DNA of 64,000 nucleotides from Torpedo marmorata. Its lineage: Eukaryota. The position numbers and the translations under genes are program-made. The DNA is taken from positions 10,912,001 through 10,976,000 of the forward strand of contig OZ360239.1 of the NCBI GenBank assembly GCA_977017645.1. Reading direction: 5' to 3'. The notes below the pieces were generated by a model. That model saw only the letters and a list, made by a program, of their open reading frames with translations. It did no database searches and was not told where the DNA came from. Each line of letters starts with the position of its first letter. Position 1 is the stretch's first letter. Below, piece after piece: positions 51,238 to 63,710 of this stretch.

Positions 51238-52774
51238 CTGGAAGTGGGAGACAGGAAACATTTTCAGTGAAGACGCTTCACGTTGGCTACTGAATGAACC
51301 CCAGTGCTCTTGTGCTGCTCTTGCTTGGTAGACCTTTCCTTTCATAGCAATTCCACACCCTGTAAATTGTGCTCTTTACATGGCTGTATGAAGTTAGAGA
51401 TAACCTGAGACTGCTCGCAGAAGAACCTCTCACCGTACTTGTTATAATGTGATAAATAAACTTGAACATTCAATTCCAACTTTCCACCCAGGACACACCC
51501 AGCTATAAGCAAATTCTTACTCCATCCCATCAATTCATCCTGAATACCTCTCACCACACTGATGCATTATCAGTAGTGCTACTCACCAGGGATCAGAAAC
51601 TCATTTCTGAATGAGCAAAATGGGTAATGAGATATTGGTGTTCCTGTCAAAGGATTTTACTGCATTCCATTTCAGACTCTTGCTGTCCCCTCCGCCTTTC
51701 CTGGTTACTCTCTGCCAACATTGATACACTCCCATGAATACAGTCACTTATCAACAACAATATTGGTGTTCCTGTGCTCAATTTTTTCTTCATTTGGGTT
51801 TTCTTCATTTGGCCCCTGAACTCCTCCATCCTGATCAAAAAGGCACAACAGCGCCTTTATTTCCTGCAGAGCATCAAGAAAGCTCACCTCTGTCCCAGGA
51901 TACTGATGGATTTTTACCACTGTACTATTGAGAGCATACTCACCTACGGCATCTCAGTGTGGTATGGCAACTGTCCCGTATCGGACTGTAAAGCACTCCA
52001 GCAGGTGGTGAAAACTGCCCAGCAGATTATTGGCACCGAATTGATCAGTGATCCATCAGGAGCTTTGGCTGATTATATAGGTGGCACGGTTAAGCAACGC
52101 TATTACAGTGCCAGGAACCCTGGTTCGAATCCATCACTGTCTGCAAGGAATTTGTACATCCTCCTCGTGTCCGCGTGGGCTTCTTCCGGTTTCCTCCCAA
52201 GTTCCAAAGACATATGGGATTGGCAGGGAAAATGGTCACATGGGTGTATTTGGGTGGCTAGGGCTCGTGGGCTGGAAGGGCCTGTTATGCTTCTCGGCCA
52301 AAAGCTGATCAAGACCAAATAAAACTCCCCACATTTACCTGGTTTGTGAAGTTTTACAGTGACAATTTTTGCTTACTGAATCTTTGGGAAATTTTTTTTA
52401 AAAAGCTGGTACAATTTAAATGACTCATGGATGCAAAAATGGAAGGTTATGGGCTGTGAGGTTGGGAAGGGTTAGATTAGGTTTACATAGCATCGTGGAT
52501 TGAAGTGCTTCTATGTAACCAGCATTTTAAAAATAATAAAATCACTGAATAGGTGAGGTGGCCAACACAATTGATTTTACTTTATAAAGGATTAGGGATG
52601 ACATCCTGATCTTTGCTTACCAGGACAAATTCCATCTCTTTCACATCCCTATTGTGCATGAGCTGTCATCCATGTCTGTTGTCTCCAGGCTCGACTATTC
52701 TTGTGACTCCCTTGCCAGCTATCTATTTATCAAAAACTCTGCCACCGGAATCCCAATGAACACCAAGGTTTGCT

Positions 52775-53205
52775 CTTCTACCACCCAGATTTGATAATAC
52801 CACCCAGCTCTTATACCACCCAGCTCTTATACCACCCAGCTCTTATACCACCCAGCTCTTATACCACCCAGCTCTTATACCACCCAGCTCTTATACCACC
52901 CAGCTCTTATACCACCCAGCTCTTATACCACCCAGATTTGATAATACCACCCAGCTCTTATACCACCCAGCTCTTATACCACCCAGATTTGATAATACCA
53001 CCCAGCTCTTCTACCACCCAGATTTGATAATACCACCCAGCTCTTATACCACCCAGATTTGATAATACCACCCAGCTCTTATACCACCCAGATTTGATAA
53101 TACCACCCAGCTCTTATACCACCCAGATTTGATAATACCACCCAGCTCTTATACCACCCAGATTTGATAATACCACCCAGCTCTTATACCACCCAGATTT
53201 GATAA
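52775..53205. repeat. Composite minisatellite of 16-bp (CCACCCAGCTCTTATA) and 19-bp (CCACCCAGATTTGATAATA) units
   Basis: Both unit types can be read directly in the array. Confidence 0.95.
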
Positions 53206-53349
53206 ACAACAGCAGCCCCAGATCTGACAATGACTTAGCTGGAAGCAAATTCCTACTGTCCCGTGAATTCATCCAATTACTCCAGTTCCAAACGCCACTC
53301 TTGCCTTGCCTTCTCCAACATTGTACACTGATCATGGACTGCTCCAACA

Positions 53350-56125
53350 GATTTCTGATTTACATGACATCACATACAACCCTGAGATTCCTTTTTCCTG
53401 CGGGTGCGGCAGAATTACCACTAATTGGTAGTGCAAAAAATAAACTGTACACAGCGTAAAACATGTAAACAAACAAAAGAACTGTAAACAGATAACGAAT
53501 GTAAACAAACTGACAGAGCAATACAGAGAGAACAAAGAAAATCAATAAAGTGCACAAGAGTCCTTAAATGAGTCTCTGATTGACTTTGTCGTTGAGGATT
53601 CTGATGGTGGAGGGGTAGCAGCTGTTCCTGAACCTGGTGGTGCAAGTCTTGTGGCACCTATACCTCTTTCCTGATGGCAGCAGCGAGAACAGAGCGTGTG
53701 CTGGGTGGTGTGGGTCTTTGATGATTGCTGCTGCCCTCCGACGGCAGCGTTCCCTGTAGATGTACTTAGTAATGGGGAGGGTTTTATCTGTGATGTCCTA
53801 GGCTGTGTCCACTACCTTTTGGAGGGCTTTACGCTCAGAGGTATTGGTGGTCCCATACCAGACCGTGATGCAGCCGGTCAGCACACGTTCCACCACACCT
53901 CTGTAGAAATTTGCCAGGGTTTCTGGTGTCATACCAAACCTCTGCAAACTCCTGAGGAAGTAGAGGCGCTGATGTGCTTTCTTCACGATGCCATTGGTGT
54001 GTTGGGTCCAGGAAAGATCCTTCGAGATAGTGACTCCCAAGAACCTAAATTTGGTCACCCTCTCCACCTCTGATCCCCAAATGATCACTGGATTGTATAC
54101 CTCTGGCTTTCCTTTCCTGAAGTCAACAATCAGCTCCTTAGTTTTGGTGACATTGAGTGCAAGGTTGTTGTTGGTGCACCATTCAGCCAAGTTTTCAATC
54201 CCCTTCCTTTATACAACCCACTACCGTGGTATCGTCGGCAAATTTGTAGATGGTGTTATTGTCGTACCGAGCTACACAGTCGTAGGTATAAGGTGAGTAG
54301 AGCAGGGGGCTAAGAACATAGTCCTGTGGTGCTCCGGTACTGATGGAGATTGTGGAGGAGAAGTTCTTACCAATCTTCACTGATTGTGGTCTGGAGGTGA
54401 GGAAATCCATGATCCAATTACGCAGTGGGGTGTTAATTCCCAGGTCTTGGAGTTTGCTGATCAGTTTTGAGGGGATGATGGTGTTAAATGCTGAACTGTA
54501 GTCGATAAAGAGCATCATGATGTATGCATCTTTGCTGTCCAGGTGTTCCAGGGCTTTGTGTTGGGCCAGTGAGATGGCATCCGCCGTACACCTGTTGCCA
54601 CGATAGGCGAACTGGAGTGGATCCATGTCACCGCTCAGACAGGAGCTGATATGCTTCATCACCAGCCTTTCAAAACACTTCATCACTGTTGATGTTGTTA
54701 TGAACTAACAAACCTTGCTAGTAACTAACAAATGAACAGCAATGGAATATGCACCAGACAATGGTAAATTCAAAAGAATAGTTTTATTTAAACTATTAAT
54801 AACATAACATATATTACTTATCTCTAAACTTCTCTAATTTAACCCCACTATGCACAAATGTAAATGTGTGTGTGTGTTAAAGTCCAAACTATTTCAGTTT
54901 AAACTTAAACTTGAAAAGTCACTTTTAAAGTCCAGTTTCCAACTTCTTGCTGAACTTTAGGATCTCTTTAAATTGTGATTCAGAAGTTATTATAAAGCAA
55001 GAATGGAGCATTCGATTTCTTTCAAACTCACATATCTTTTGATGAGTTGTCTTTCAGAGATAGTCTTCATACGAGTGTGTTCACAAGTTTCCCCCTTTCT
55101 TATTAAGGTTACGGAACTGTGATCTTCAAGATGATTTCTTTCTTAATCACGAATAACATACGGTGATGTCCTCTTTTCTTAGAAGCAATTTGAAAGTGGT
55201 CTTACTTATTTTAAAAGCCACTTATTATGTATTTCCTATGATAAGGATAATACACAGAGACAGTACCTCTATCCATTCAGAGATCGCTGCTCATAATCCT
55301 GACTTTCCAGCAAGCCAAATTTCTTCAGAATGCTTCAAATCTTTGTCTTTCCAAAGTGTCAGAGTTTCTCCAGTCTGGTACAGTCTGATTCAAAATGTCT
55401 GATTTCTTCAATAATATGGGTCACTGACATCATGTGACGTGACATCACCACAGTCCCAGCTTCATTTCTGCAAAACCTTTTGCCTTTCTTCAAAATCACT
55501 TACATCCACAAAAACATCTGACCTCATCTCTGTTCCAAGAGGCTTAAGTGCTTTATGATTCCGGAAAGTCTGGGCACATGTCACTCAAATGGCACTTGAG
55601 TTTAAAACAGTTGCTATCATAATGCTGATTGTACACAAAAATGCTTTTAAGAACCACTTCCTGGAATCTTTACAGTTGCCAGCTCCAGTTTCTTGTAAAC
55701 CACGTGACCTTCATAACTCTGTCTTGCAGACGTCACGACTCCGAAAGATGACCTCAGAAATGGTTTTTTTTCTGCTGTGACCTGTGTGACCCTGTACCAG
55801 CCCACAACTAACCTTACTAACAATATATATAACTTAACTTTAAATATTAATATTAACTTTAACACATCCGTTACAATGTAAGTGCTACTGGTCGATAGTC
55901 GGTAAGGCAGGTTACTACGCTCTTCTTGGGCACCAATATGATTGACGCCTGTTTGAAACAGGTGGGTACCACGCCCTGCTGGAGTGAGATATTGAAGATA
56001 TCCGTGAATACCTTGGTAAGTTGATCAGCACAGATTTTTAATACTCGGCCAGGTACTCCATCCGGGCCGGATGCTTTCCTCGGATTCACTCTCCTGAAGG
56101 CAGCACGCACGTCATCCTCAGATAA
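53350..56125 (-). mobile_element. Rex1-type LINE (RT region to 3' tail) interrupted by a solo LTR
   Basis: KASGPDG, YRPVALT|[16 protein letters not shown] and KFADD motifs across ORFs 55871-56110, 54195-54686 and 53798-54190. Confidence 0.92.
54696..55875 (-). mobile_element. Solo LTR (1180 bp)
   Basis: TGT..ACA termini, ATGT TSD (54692-54695, 55876-55879); the Rex1 frame rejoins across it. Confidence 0.85.
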
Positions 56126-57222
56126 CAGTACAGAAGGTGGTGAGTGTATGGAACGGGCTGCCAGAGGAGGTGGTTGAGGCAGGTACTATTGTAGTGTTTA
56201 AGAAAATATTGGACAGATACATAGATAGGATGGGTTTAGAGGGATATGGGTCAAACGCTGGCAGATGGGACATATGAGTGGGACATTTTGTTTGGAGTGG
56301 GCAAGTTAGACTCTAAGCATGAAATTATGAGTTTTGGGAAGTTAAACCAGGGCAGTAAATGACGTTTGGGAATGTTTCAGAACAGAGATATTCAGGGATG
56401 CAAGTCTTACAGTATACTCACCCTGCAAACGTTTCCAAAGAGTTATGCTCCAGTGGAAATTGAAATGTACAGGTGATGTGCGAAATTGGGATAGTCAATT
56501 CGAGGCAATCTTTAACCTTCATGGTCACAACATTCCAAAAATCCAAATCGCACATACTCTGTTGCATTTTCTACCAAAACATTTTATTCCAGTCTCTGAG
56601 ATAAACCCATGTTCAGTGACTTTCACCATAATCTAGGGCGGCAATGCTATTACAGCGCCAGCAACCCTGGTTCAAATCCGGCGCTGTCTGTAAGGAGTTT
56701 GTACGTTCTCCCAGTGTCTGCGTGGGTTTCCTCCCACCCTTCAAAAACATACGGGGGTTGTAGGTTAATTGGTGTATGTGGGGGGCACCGGTTCGTGGGC
56801 CGGAAGGGCCTGTTAGCTGGCTGTATTTCTAAATTAATAACCCTACATCACTCATTCTTACCTCGCAAGTCCCAGTTTGAGAATTTCCATGTTTCAAGGC
56901 AATCCAAGATGGGTACTGTTAAAAGGAAGGGTCTCCTACTTTCCCCTACACCTGCATGCAGGCATCTACTCCTGTATACTGAATTAGTTGTGACTTCTTG
57001 AAGTTAAGCTTCACTCATGCTCATTCAAGGATCTCTCCAATACTGGGTGTGCGTGCACACATTTTATGTAACAATAATCGGGATTTGAGGTCAGTGCAGA
57101 AAAACAGTGCTGAAGTAAAGATCAACCTAGATTTTACTTAATGGGGCAGGAGGCACAGGTTCCATGGAATGCAAGTGGCTTTAATTCTCTGAAGGAAAAT
57201 AGAACCAAGAGCTTAAGATACC

Positions 57223-57359
57223 CTGATGAAGGGCTCAAGCCCGAAACATTGGTTATGTATCTTTATCTTTGCTACATAAAGCACACTATTTGACCCAAGT
57301 TTCTCCAGCATTGTGTTTTTACTTCAACCACGGTGTCTGCAGACTTTCATGTTTTACTT
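57223..57359 (+). mobile_element. 137-bp Penelope tail insertion starting at a minimal hammerhead motif
   Basis: CTGATGAAGGGCTCAAGCCCGAAACATTGGTTAT; 17-bp TSD CAAGAGCTT(A/G)AGATACC at 57206-57222 and 57360-57376. Confidence 0.8.
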
Positions 57360-58763
57360 CAAGAGCTTGAGATACCAGATTAGATCTTGCACATTTACTA
57401 GGGTGCTAAATCCGAAAGACTACAAGATGACAAATAAAACAGTGATCTTCTCCAGCACTGTGGACACCACTGAGGCGAGGCCACAATTAGACCAGGGAGA
57501 GAGGCTTCAGTTTGAGTCCTTGGTTATTTGTCACATGTAGGAGGAAAATATACAGTCACTGGGAACAATCATTAGGAGGGTCAGAGTTTCTCCACTTGCA
57601 AGCACTGGAGTTAGGAGAAAAAACAGTTGGCATGCCACCAACACAAGTTGGTAATTACAGTATGTCAAAGTACATGAATACATAATAAACTCAGTAACAG
57701 AAAATTTATGCAGATTAGACATTCCATACCAACAATTCAGAACCTTTCAAATCAGGTCCACCATTCAATAAGACGGTGGCCAATCTGGCTGTAATCTCAC
57801 CGCCATTTCCTTCCTGCCTATTCATGCCTTGCTTCAAAAATACTGTATTCAAAGATTTCTTCTACCTCAGAATCAGGTTTATTGTCATGAAAGTGTCATG
57901 AAATTTGTTTTGTAGCAGCAGTATTGCGCAGAACAAGGCGCAAAATTACTATAAATTATAATTCTGTAAATACAAACTTAAAAAAAAACTAGTGCAAAAA
58001 AGAAAAAAAGTGAGGTTGTGTCCAGAGGTTCATTGTCTGTTCAGAAATCTGATGGCGGAGGGGAAGAAGCTGTTTTTGTACCGTTGAGGGTATACCTGCT
58101 TTTGAAAAATTGTTTCATAGGCTCTATACCCTCAGTCCCCTATGCGAAAGTTAACACTTTATATACCTCAGGAGGAAGTTAATAAACAAGCCCAATACAA
58201 ATTTGTCACAATTCCACAAGCTAATAAGATCTCACACTAAGTGAGAGTTTAACCTACTGTCAACTTTTACATCGGCCATTTCCTCACCTGGGTTTGTGCA
58301 AGACCCTGCTACCACACACAGCAGGGGAGCAAGAGAAGTTTGTACCTGACTCAGAGCAATAATTGGTCCATACCACATCTTACGTTTTGGCAGATTTTGC
58401 AAAACTCCTGCAAGCTTCCTTGCTGCTAACTGGCTCAAGTCAATGAAAACACTCAAGGATTATGGAGTGCACACATTCAACAAGATGGAAACAGCCTTGC
58501 ACAGTAAGTGACCTTGGGGAAATGTTATAAAGATTGAATGTTCCAAAGATTTACTTCGATTAAAAAAAAAAAATCCAATTGTATACGAGCTCTCAACAAG
58601 TTCGAGCAATGAAGTAAATACATCAAAAATTGCTTTGGACAGTGGGAAATCAAGTTTGAAACACATTGCTAAATTTTATTGAACATTCTCTAAATGCACA
58701 AAGTGCAGATATTATAAAGGAAAGCAGTCAGATTGGAACTCTGCTAGTCTGCGCACTATTGTA

Positions 58764-59422
58764 CAGTATGTTTCCGATTATCCGAAAACCATTTTACCGA
58801 AATTCTCAGTTATCTGAAATTTTTTTTGGCGGCAACATGATGTCACAAGTCGAAAAAGTTTTTTTCACCCAACGTGCTCATGTGGGGCTCTGACGCTCTG
58901 TGGCGCCAGTTTGGTAACAACAGAGCTCAGAACCAGACGGGAAGACAGGCGCTGAATGGTTGGATGTCGGCTCAGAGAAGCAGGCTGGAATCTCGAGCCA
59001 TCAGTGAGTGACTGGAGGAAGTCGGCGGGTCAGGCAGCGCATGGGGAGATTGTCCTCGTTTCAGGTAACTCCCTCCCCTCTCTCCATTTATTCTTTACCC
59101 TCCACTGTACTTGTTTCTCTGCCGCCTCGGCGTCATCAAGGAGAGCGGCCTCCCGGGCAGGAGCGGGGACCTCAGGCTCCTGGGCAGGATCGGCGACTGC
59201 TGCAGGAGCGGGGACTTCGGCCTCCCGGGCAGGAGCGGCGACGGCGGTGGAGAGATGTCGGGGATCGGCGACTGCAGCAGGAGCGGGGATCGGCGACGGC
59301 TGATACAAGTATTCTGCTGATGCTACTGGACTGCTTAAAGCAATTTCTCCGTTATCCGAAAAATCCGGTTAACTGATAAAGGTCCGGTCCCGAGCGGGTT
59401 TCGGATAATCGGAAACGTACTG
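58764..59422. mobile_element. Tigger/pogo-like MITE with a GC-rich interior
   Basis: TA-CAGTATGTTTCCGATTATCCGAAA ... TTTCGGATAATCGGAAACGTACTG-TA. Confidence 0.85.
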
Positions 59423-59449
59423 TATTTTAAAGTTCGATCAAGGTAAATA

Positions 59450-60240
59450 AGAAAACCTGCAGATGCTGGTGTCCAGTTCAGTACACAGAAGTGCTGGAGA
59501 AACTCAGCAGGTCACGCAGCACCATTAGGAAGTAAAAGACAGTCGATACTTTGGGTCTGAGCCCTTCTTCAGGAGTGGGCAGGCAGATATCCAACTAAAA
59601 ATATGGAAGAGGGAAGGGCACAGGTTAACAGGTGGATACAGATGGGAGGATAGAAAAGAAAGAAGCTGAGAAGTGAGAGGGGAAGAGGGCAGAAGGCGAA
59701 GAAAGATAGCTCTCTGATAGGAGAAAAGGAAGGGGATGGAGGAATGGAGACAGAGGGATGAGGTAAAGAGAGACTAGGGGAAGGGGGTTAATGGAAAATG
59801 GAGAAGATGACATTGATGCCACCTGGTTGGAGACTGCCGAGACGGAATACAAGGTGTTCCTCCTCCAATTTATTTGTAGTCTCAACTTTGCCATACGAGG
59901 CCATGGACTGTCATGTCAGTGTAGTAATGGTGAGTAGAATTAAAATGGTTCGTCACTAGGAGGTCTTTGCTGTTGTAGCAGACAGAGCAAAGGTGCTCAA
60001 CAAAGCGATCTCCCAGTTGGAGTCCAGTCTCCTCAACGTAGAGGTGGCCACATCCGGACTGCCAGATGCTCTGCAGATTCACAGATAAAGTATTGCTTAA
60101 CTTGGAAGGACAGTTTGTGGCCCCGAATAGTAGTGAGGGAGGAGGTGCAAGTGTTGCAGTCACAGCTGCACGTTTTGACAGGAATTTGATGGCTGGAGCA
60201 CAAGAAACAAAACTGAAATAGCGTGAAAGAATTGAACCCA
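59450..60240 (-). mobile_element. Degenerate Penelope-like element 3' part
   Basis: LYVEETG..GDRFVEH..VTNHFN GIY-YIG remnant; degenerate hammerhead tail at 59541-59576. Confidence 0.8.
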
Positions 60241-60439
60241 ATTATATTTTCTCTTTGGCAGTTCCTCAGAGTCAGATGCCTTGTTTCCACACCAGTTCTT
60301 GGGTTTGGAGATGGTTGTTGAGCCCACTACAGGTCCGCCACAGGACATGCTTGATAGGATGAAGTGAGAGGATGGGATCTGGGATCTGGTGCATATTTTT
60401 TTTATGTTAAACCTTTCCATGCTGAGCTCCACTCTTTAC

Positions 60440-62745
60440 AAAATCCCTCTCCATCATTTGGGGCCCCAACAGTTCTTCCAAGTGAAGCAACACTTCACTT
60501 GTGAATCTGCAGGAGTCATCAACTGCATCCGGTGATCCCGTTGTGGCCTTCTCAACATTGGAGAAACTGGACGCAGACTGGGAGATGACTTCGCTGAGCA
60601 CCTTTGCTCTGTTCGCATCAATGACAGGGATCTCCCGGTGGCCAACCATTTTAATTCTGCGCCCCACTCCCACATGTCTGTCCATGGCCTCATGCACTGC
60701 CAAACCAGGGCCATCCGTAAATTGGAGGAGCAACACCTAATATTCCACCTGGGCACTCTCTTTTCTTTTTAAAATATTTTTATTGAGTTTAACATATAAA
60801 CTTGTATACAAAAGATTTTGGAGAACACATAAAAAGTCATCTCATATACATACAAATACAAAAGAAAAAAAACCAGATGGAACTACAGTACATTGACCAG
60901 TTCCTGAATCCACATGAGAGACAAGTTATAAACATACTATAAAAATCATGTTGAAACCCATATTACAAATTATTCAAACTAAAAAAAAAGGTATAAAAAG
61001 AAAAAAAAGGACCAAAAAAAACCCTAAAAACTGAATCTAATCTAACCCCTCCCTCTAATCAAGGATACCTTTGTAAGAAAAAGGAAAAATATGGATCAGA
61101 TAGCGACCTCCAGACATCAGACAGAGAATCCTTGGAACATTCAAAATTCTTCCAATCATGATAGTATTCTATGAATGGGCCCCACATCTTTAGAAATTGA
61201 AACTTTCTATCTTTGATATTGTATCTAATTTTCTCCAAGCTCAAATAGGACATTACATCCTGTAACCACTGTATATGGGGAGGTGAGGAATCATTTTTAA
61301 AATTGCTCGTCTGGCTATCAACGTGGAAAAAGCTAAGACTTTCTCCTGAGATGCAGACAAAAATATATCTGGTTCACATGAAAAACCAAACAGAGCAATT
61401 ATCGGACATGGTTCTATTTTAATCTTGAAAATCATTGATAAAGTTTGGAAAATATCTTTCCAAAATCTCTCTAAATTTGGGCATTCCCAAAACATATGAA
61501 TCAGTGAGGCTTCAAAAATTTTACACTTCTCACCTAGTGGATCAATATCTGCACAAAAATTAAATAATTTAAGTTTGGACATATGGATTCTATGTACCAC
61601 CTTAAATTGTAATAAACAATGTCTTGCACAGAATGAAGAGGTGTAAATCAAGCTAAGAGTATGATACCAATCTTCATCTGAAAATGTTATTTTCAAATCG
61701 TTCTTAATCCCAGCTATAGAGGCTGATCTTATATCCAATAAATCATTATAAATGCACGATGTTAATCCACGATGAAAAAAAAAACCGTAAATTAAAAAGT
61801 GAATCGAAGATATTAGTATTTGAGATTCGAGGAAAATCAGAAAGCTTGGACTGAACAAAATGTCTAATTTGTAAATATCTAAAAAAATGTCTATTAGAAA
61901 GATTAAATTGGGCTACTAGTTGTTCAAAAGATGCAAAGTTATCTCGAATAAAACGATCATTATAGCTATGAATACCCAATCTATACCATTCCTTAAATCC
62001 TACATGCAGCACAGACGGCTGAAAAAGGTGATTATCTATAATGAGACTAGCCAGAGAAAAACTATTGAGACCAAAACATTTTCTAAATTACGCCCATATT
62101 CTCAACCTATTTCTCAATAACAGATTATGAGTCAATTTGGAAAAGGAAAATGGTAAAAAAAAATCCCAAAATTGCCAGCATAGATGTTTTTTTTGAAAAC
62201 TTCAGTTCCATTTCCACCCAAGAAGGGCGATTCACTAACTTATCAAAATGTAATAATAAAAGCAAATTACGAATATTAATCGCCCAATAATAAAATCTAA
62301 AATCTGGAAGTGATAAACCTCCATTCCTTTTAATCTTTTGAAGATGGGCTTCTGGGCACTCTCCAACCAGATGGCATTAACATCAACTTCTCTGGTTTCT
62401 GCTAGACCACTCCCCGTTCTCCCTCTCTTCCCCATCCCTCTGTCTTCTTTCCTCCAGCTCTCCACCACCTTCCCTCTGCATTCACACAGCCACCCCCTCC
62501 CCATGTTTTCTCGTGCCCTCCCTCCCTTATCCACCTATGACCTGTGCTCCTCCCCCTGCCCCCCCCCACCATTTTATTCAGGCGCCTGCCAACATTTTGT
62601 TCATACCTTGATGGTCTCAAGCCCGAAACATTGGTTATGTATCTTTATCTTTGCTATATAAAGGACACTGTTTGACCTGCTGAGTTTCTCCAGCATTGTG
62701 TTTTTACTTCAATCACAGTGTCTGCAGCCTTTCATGTTTCACCCT
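60440..62745 (+). mobile_element. Penelope-like 3' part split by a minus-strand L1
   Basis: GIY-YIG remnant at about 60480-60760 continues at 62352 into the same tail as 5150-5520. Confidence 0.8.
60761..62351 (-). mobile_element. 5'-truncated L1-clade LINE of a second family
   Basis: FFRYLQIRH, LLQFKVVHR, HMFWECP and EKIRY..KMWGP motifs; poly(A) at the 60761 end; 12-bp TSD CTGGGCACTCTC (60749-60760, 62352-62363). Confidence 0.88.
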
Positions 62746-63463
62746 CTTGACAAATGGACAAGGTCATTAATTTCATGCTAAGTGCTTCTCCACTTTTAGA
62801 GTAGCCATAAACAAAGTGTTCACACAATTCAGTAGGAACATTACCATTTTCTCCCACCCCCTCCCCACCCCGAGAAGGCTTTGTAAATATCCCTGTACCT
62901 CTTCCTCTATCCACTGTCAAATCTCTTGCCATTAAGCCCAATATGTAAACATGACTGTATAACCGTGACTCATCAAGTAGAAGACTGGTGCTAAAAATAA
63001 AATGCAAGGCATTTCCATTTGGAGTGTCCAGGGGATTTTATGCACAAAAGTCGCGTTATCACCTGCTCAAGTTTTTTTTTTTTTAAAAAGACGAATTTAC
63101 CTTTTATGCAGAGGACGGAAAAGGCGGATCGTGCCGTCCTTTTATGTAGCCCAGAGCAGCACGCCGGCTTCCCAGGGCAAAAGGGGGTGGGATGTGTAGC
63201 ACAGCAGCAGCCGCCCTGCGACAGCCCCACCACCCCGCTGCCTGACAGTCCCCCCACCCCGCTGCCTGAGCCTCGCTGCCTGACAGCCCCACCACGCCAC
63301 TCCCTCCCTCCTCCATTCCCCTCCCTCTCCATTCTCCTCCCTCCCCAGCCCTTCCCTCTCTCTTCCATTCCCCCTTCCTCTTGCCACATCTCCCCCCTTT
63401 CAGCCCCACACTGATCCCACCGCTCCGCTCCATCCCGACAGCCCCGTCAGGAGCGGGCGACGT

Positions 63464-63710
63464 GAGGGAGCGGGGCGGGGGAGCGGCTTGAGGGAGCGGG
63501 GCGGGGGAGCGGCTTGAGGGAGCGGGGCGGGGGAGCGGCTTGAGGGAGCGGGGCGGGGGAGCGGCTTGAGGGAGCGGGGCGGGGGAGCGGCTTGAGGGAG
63601 CGGGGCGGGGGAGCGGCTTGAGGGAGCGGGGCGGGGGAGCGGCTTGAGGGAGCGGGGCGGGGGAGCGGCTTGAGGGAGCGGGGCGGGGGAGCGGCTTGAG
63701 GGAGCGGGCG
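63464..63710. repeat. Perfect 26-bp GC-rich minisatellite (GAGGGAGCGGGGCGGGGGAGCGGCTT), about 9.5 copies
   Basis: Identical head-to-tail units. Confidence 0.95.
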
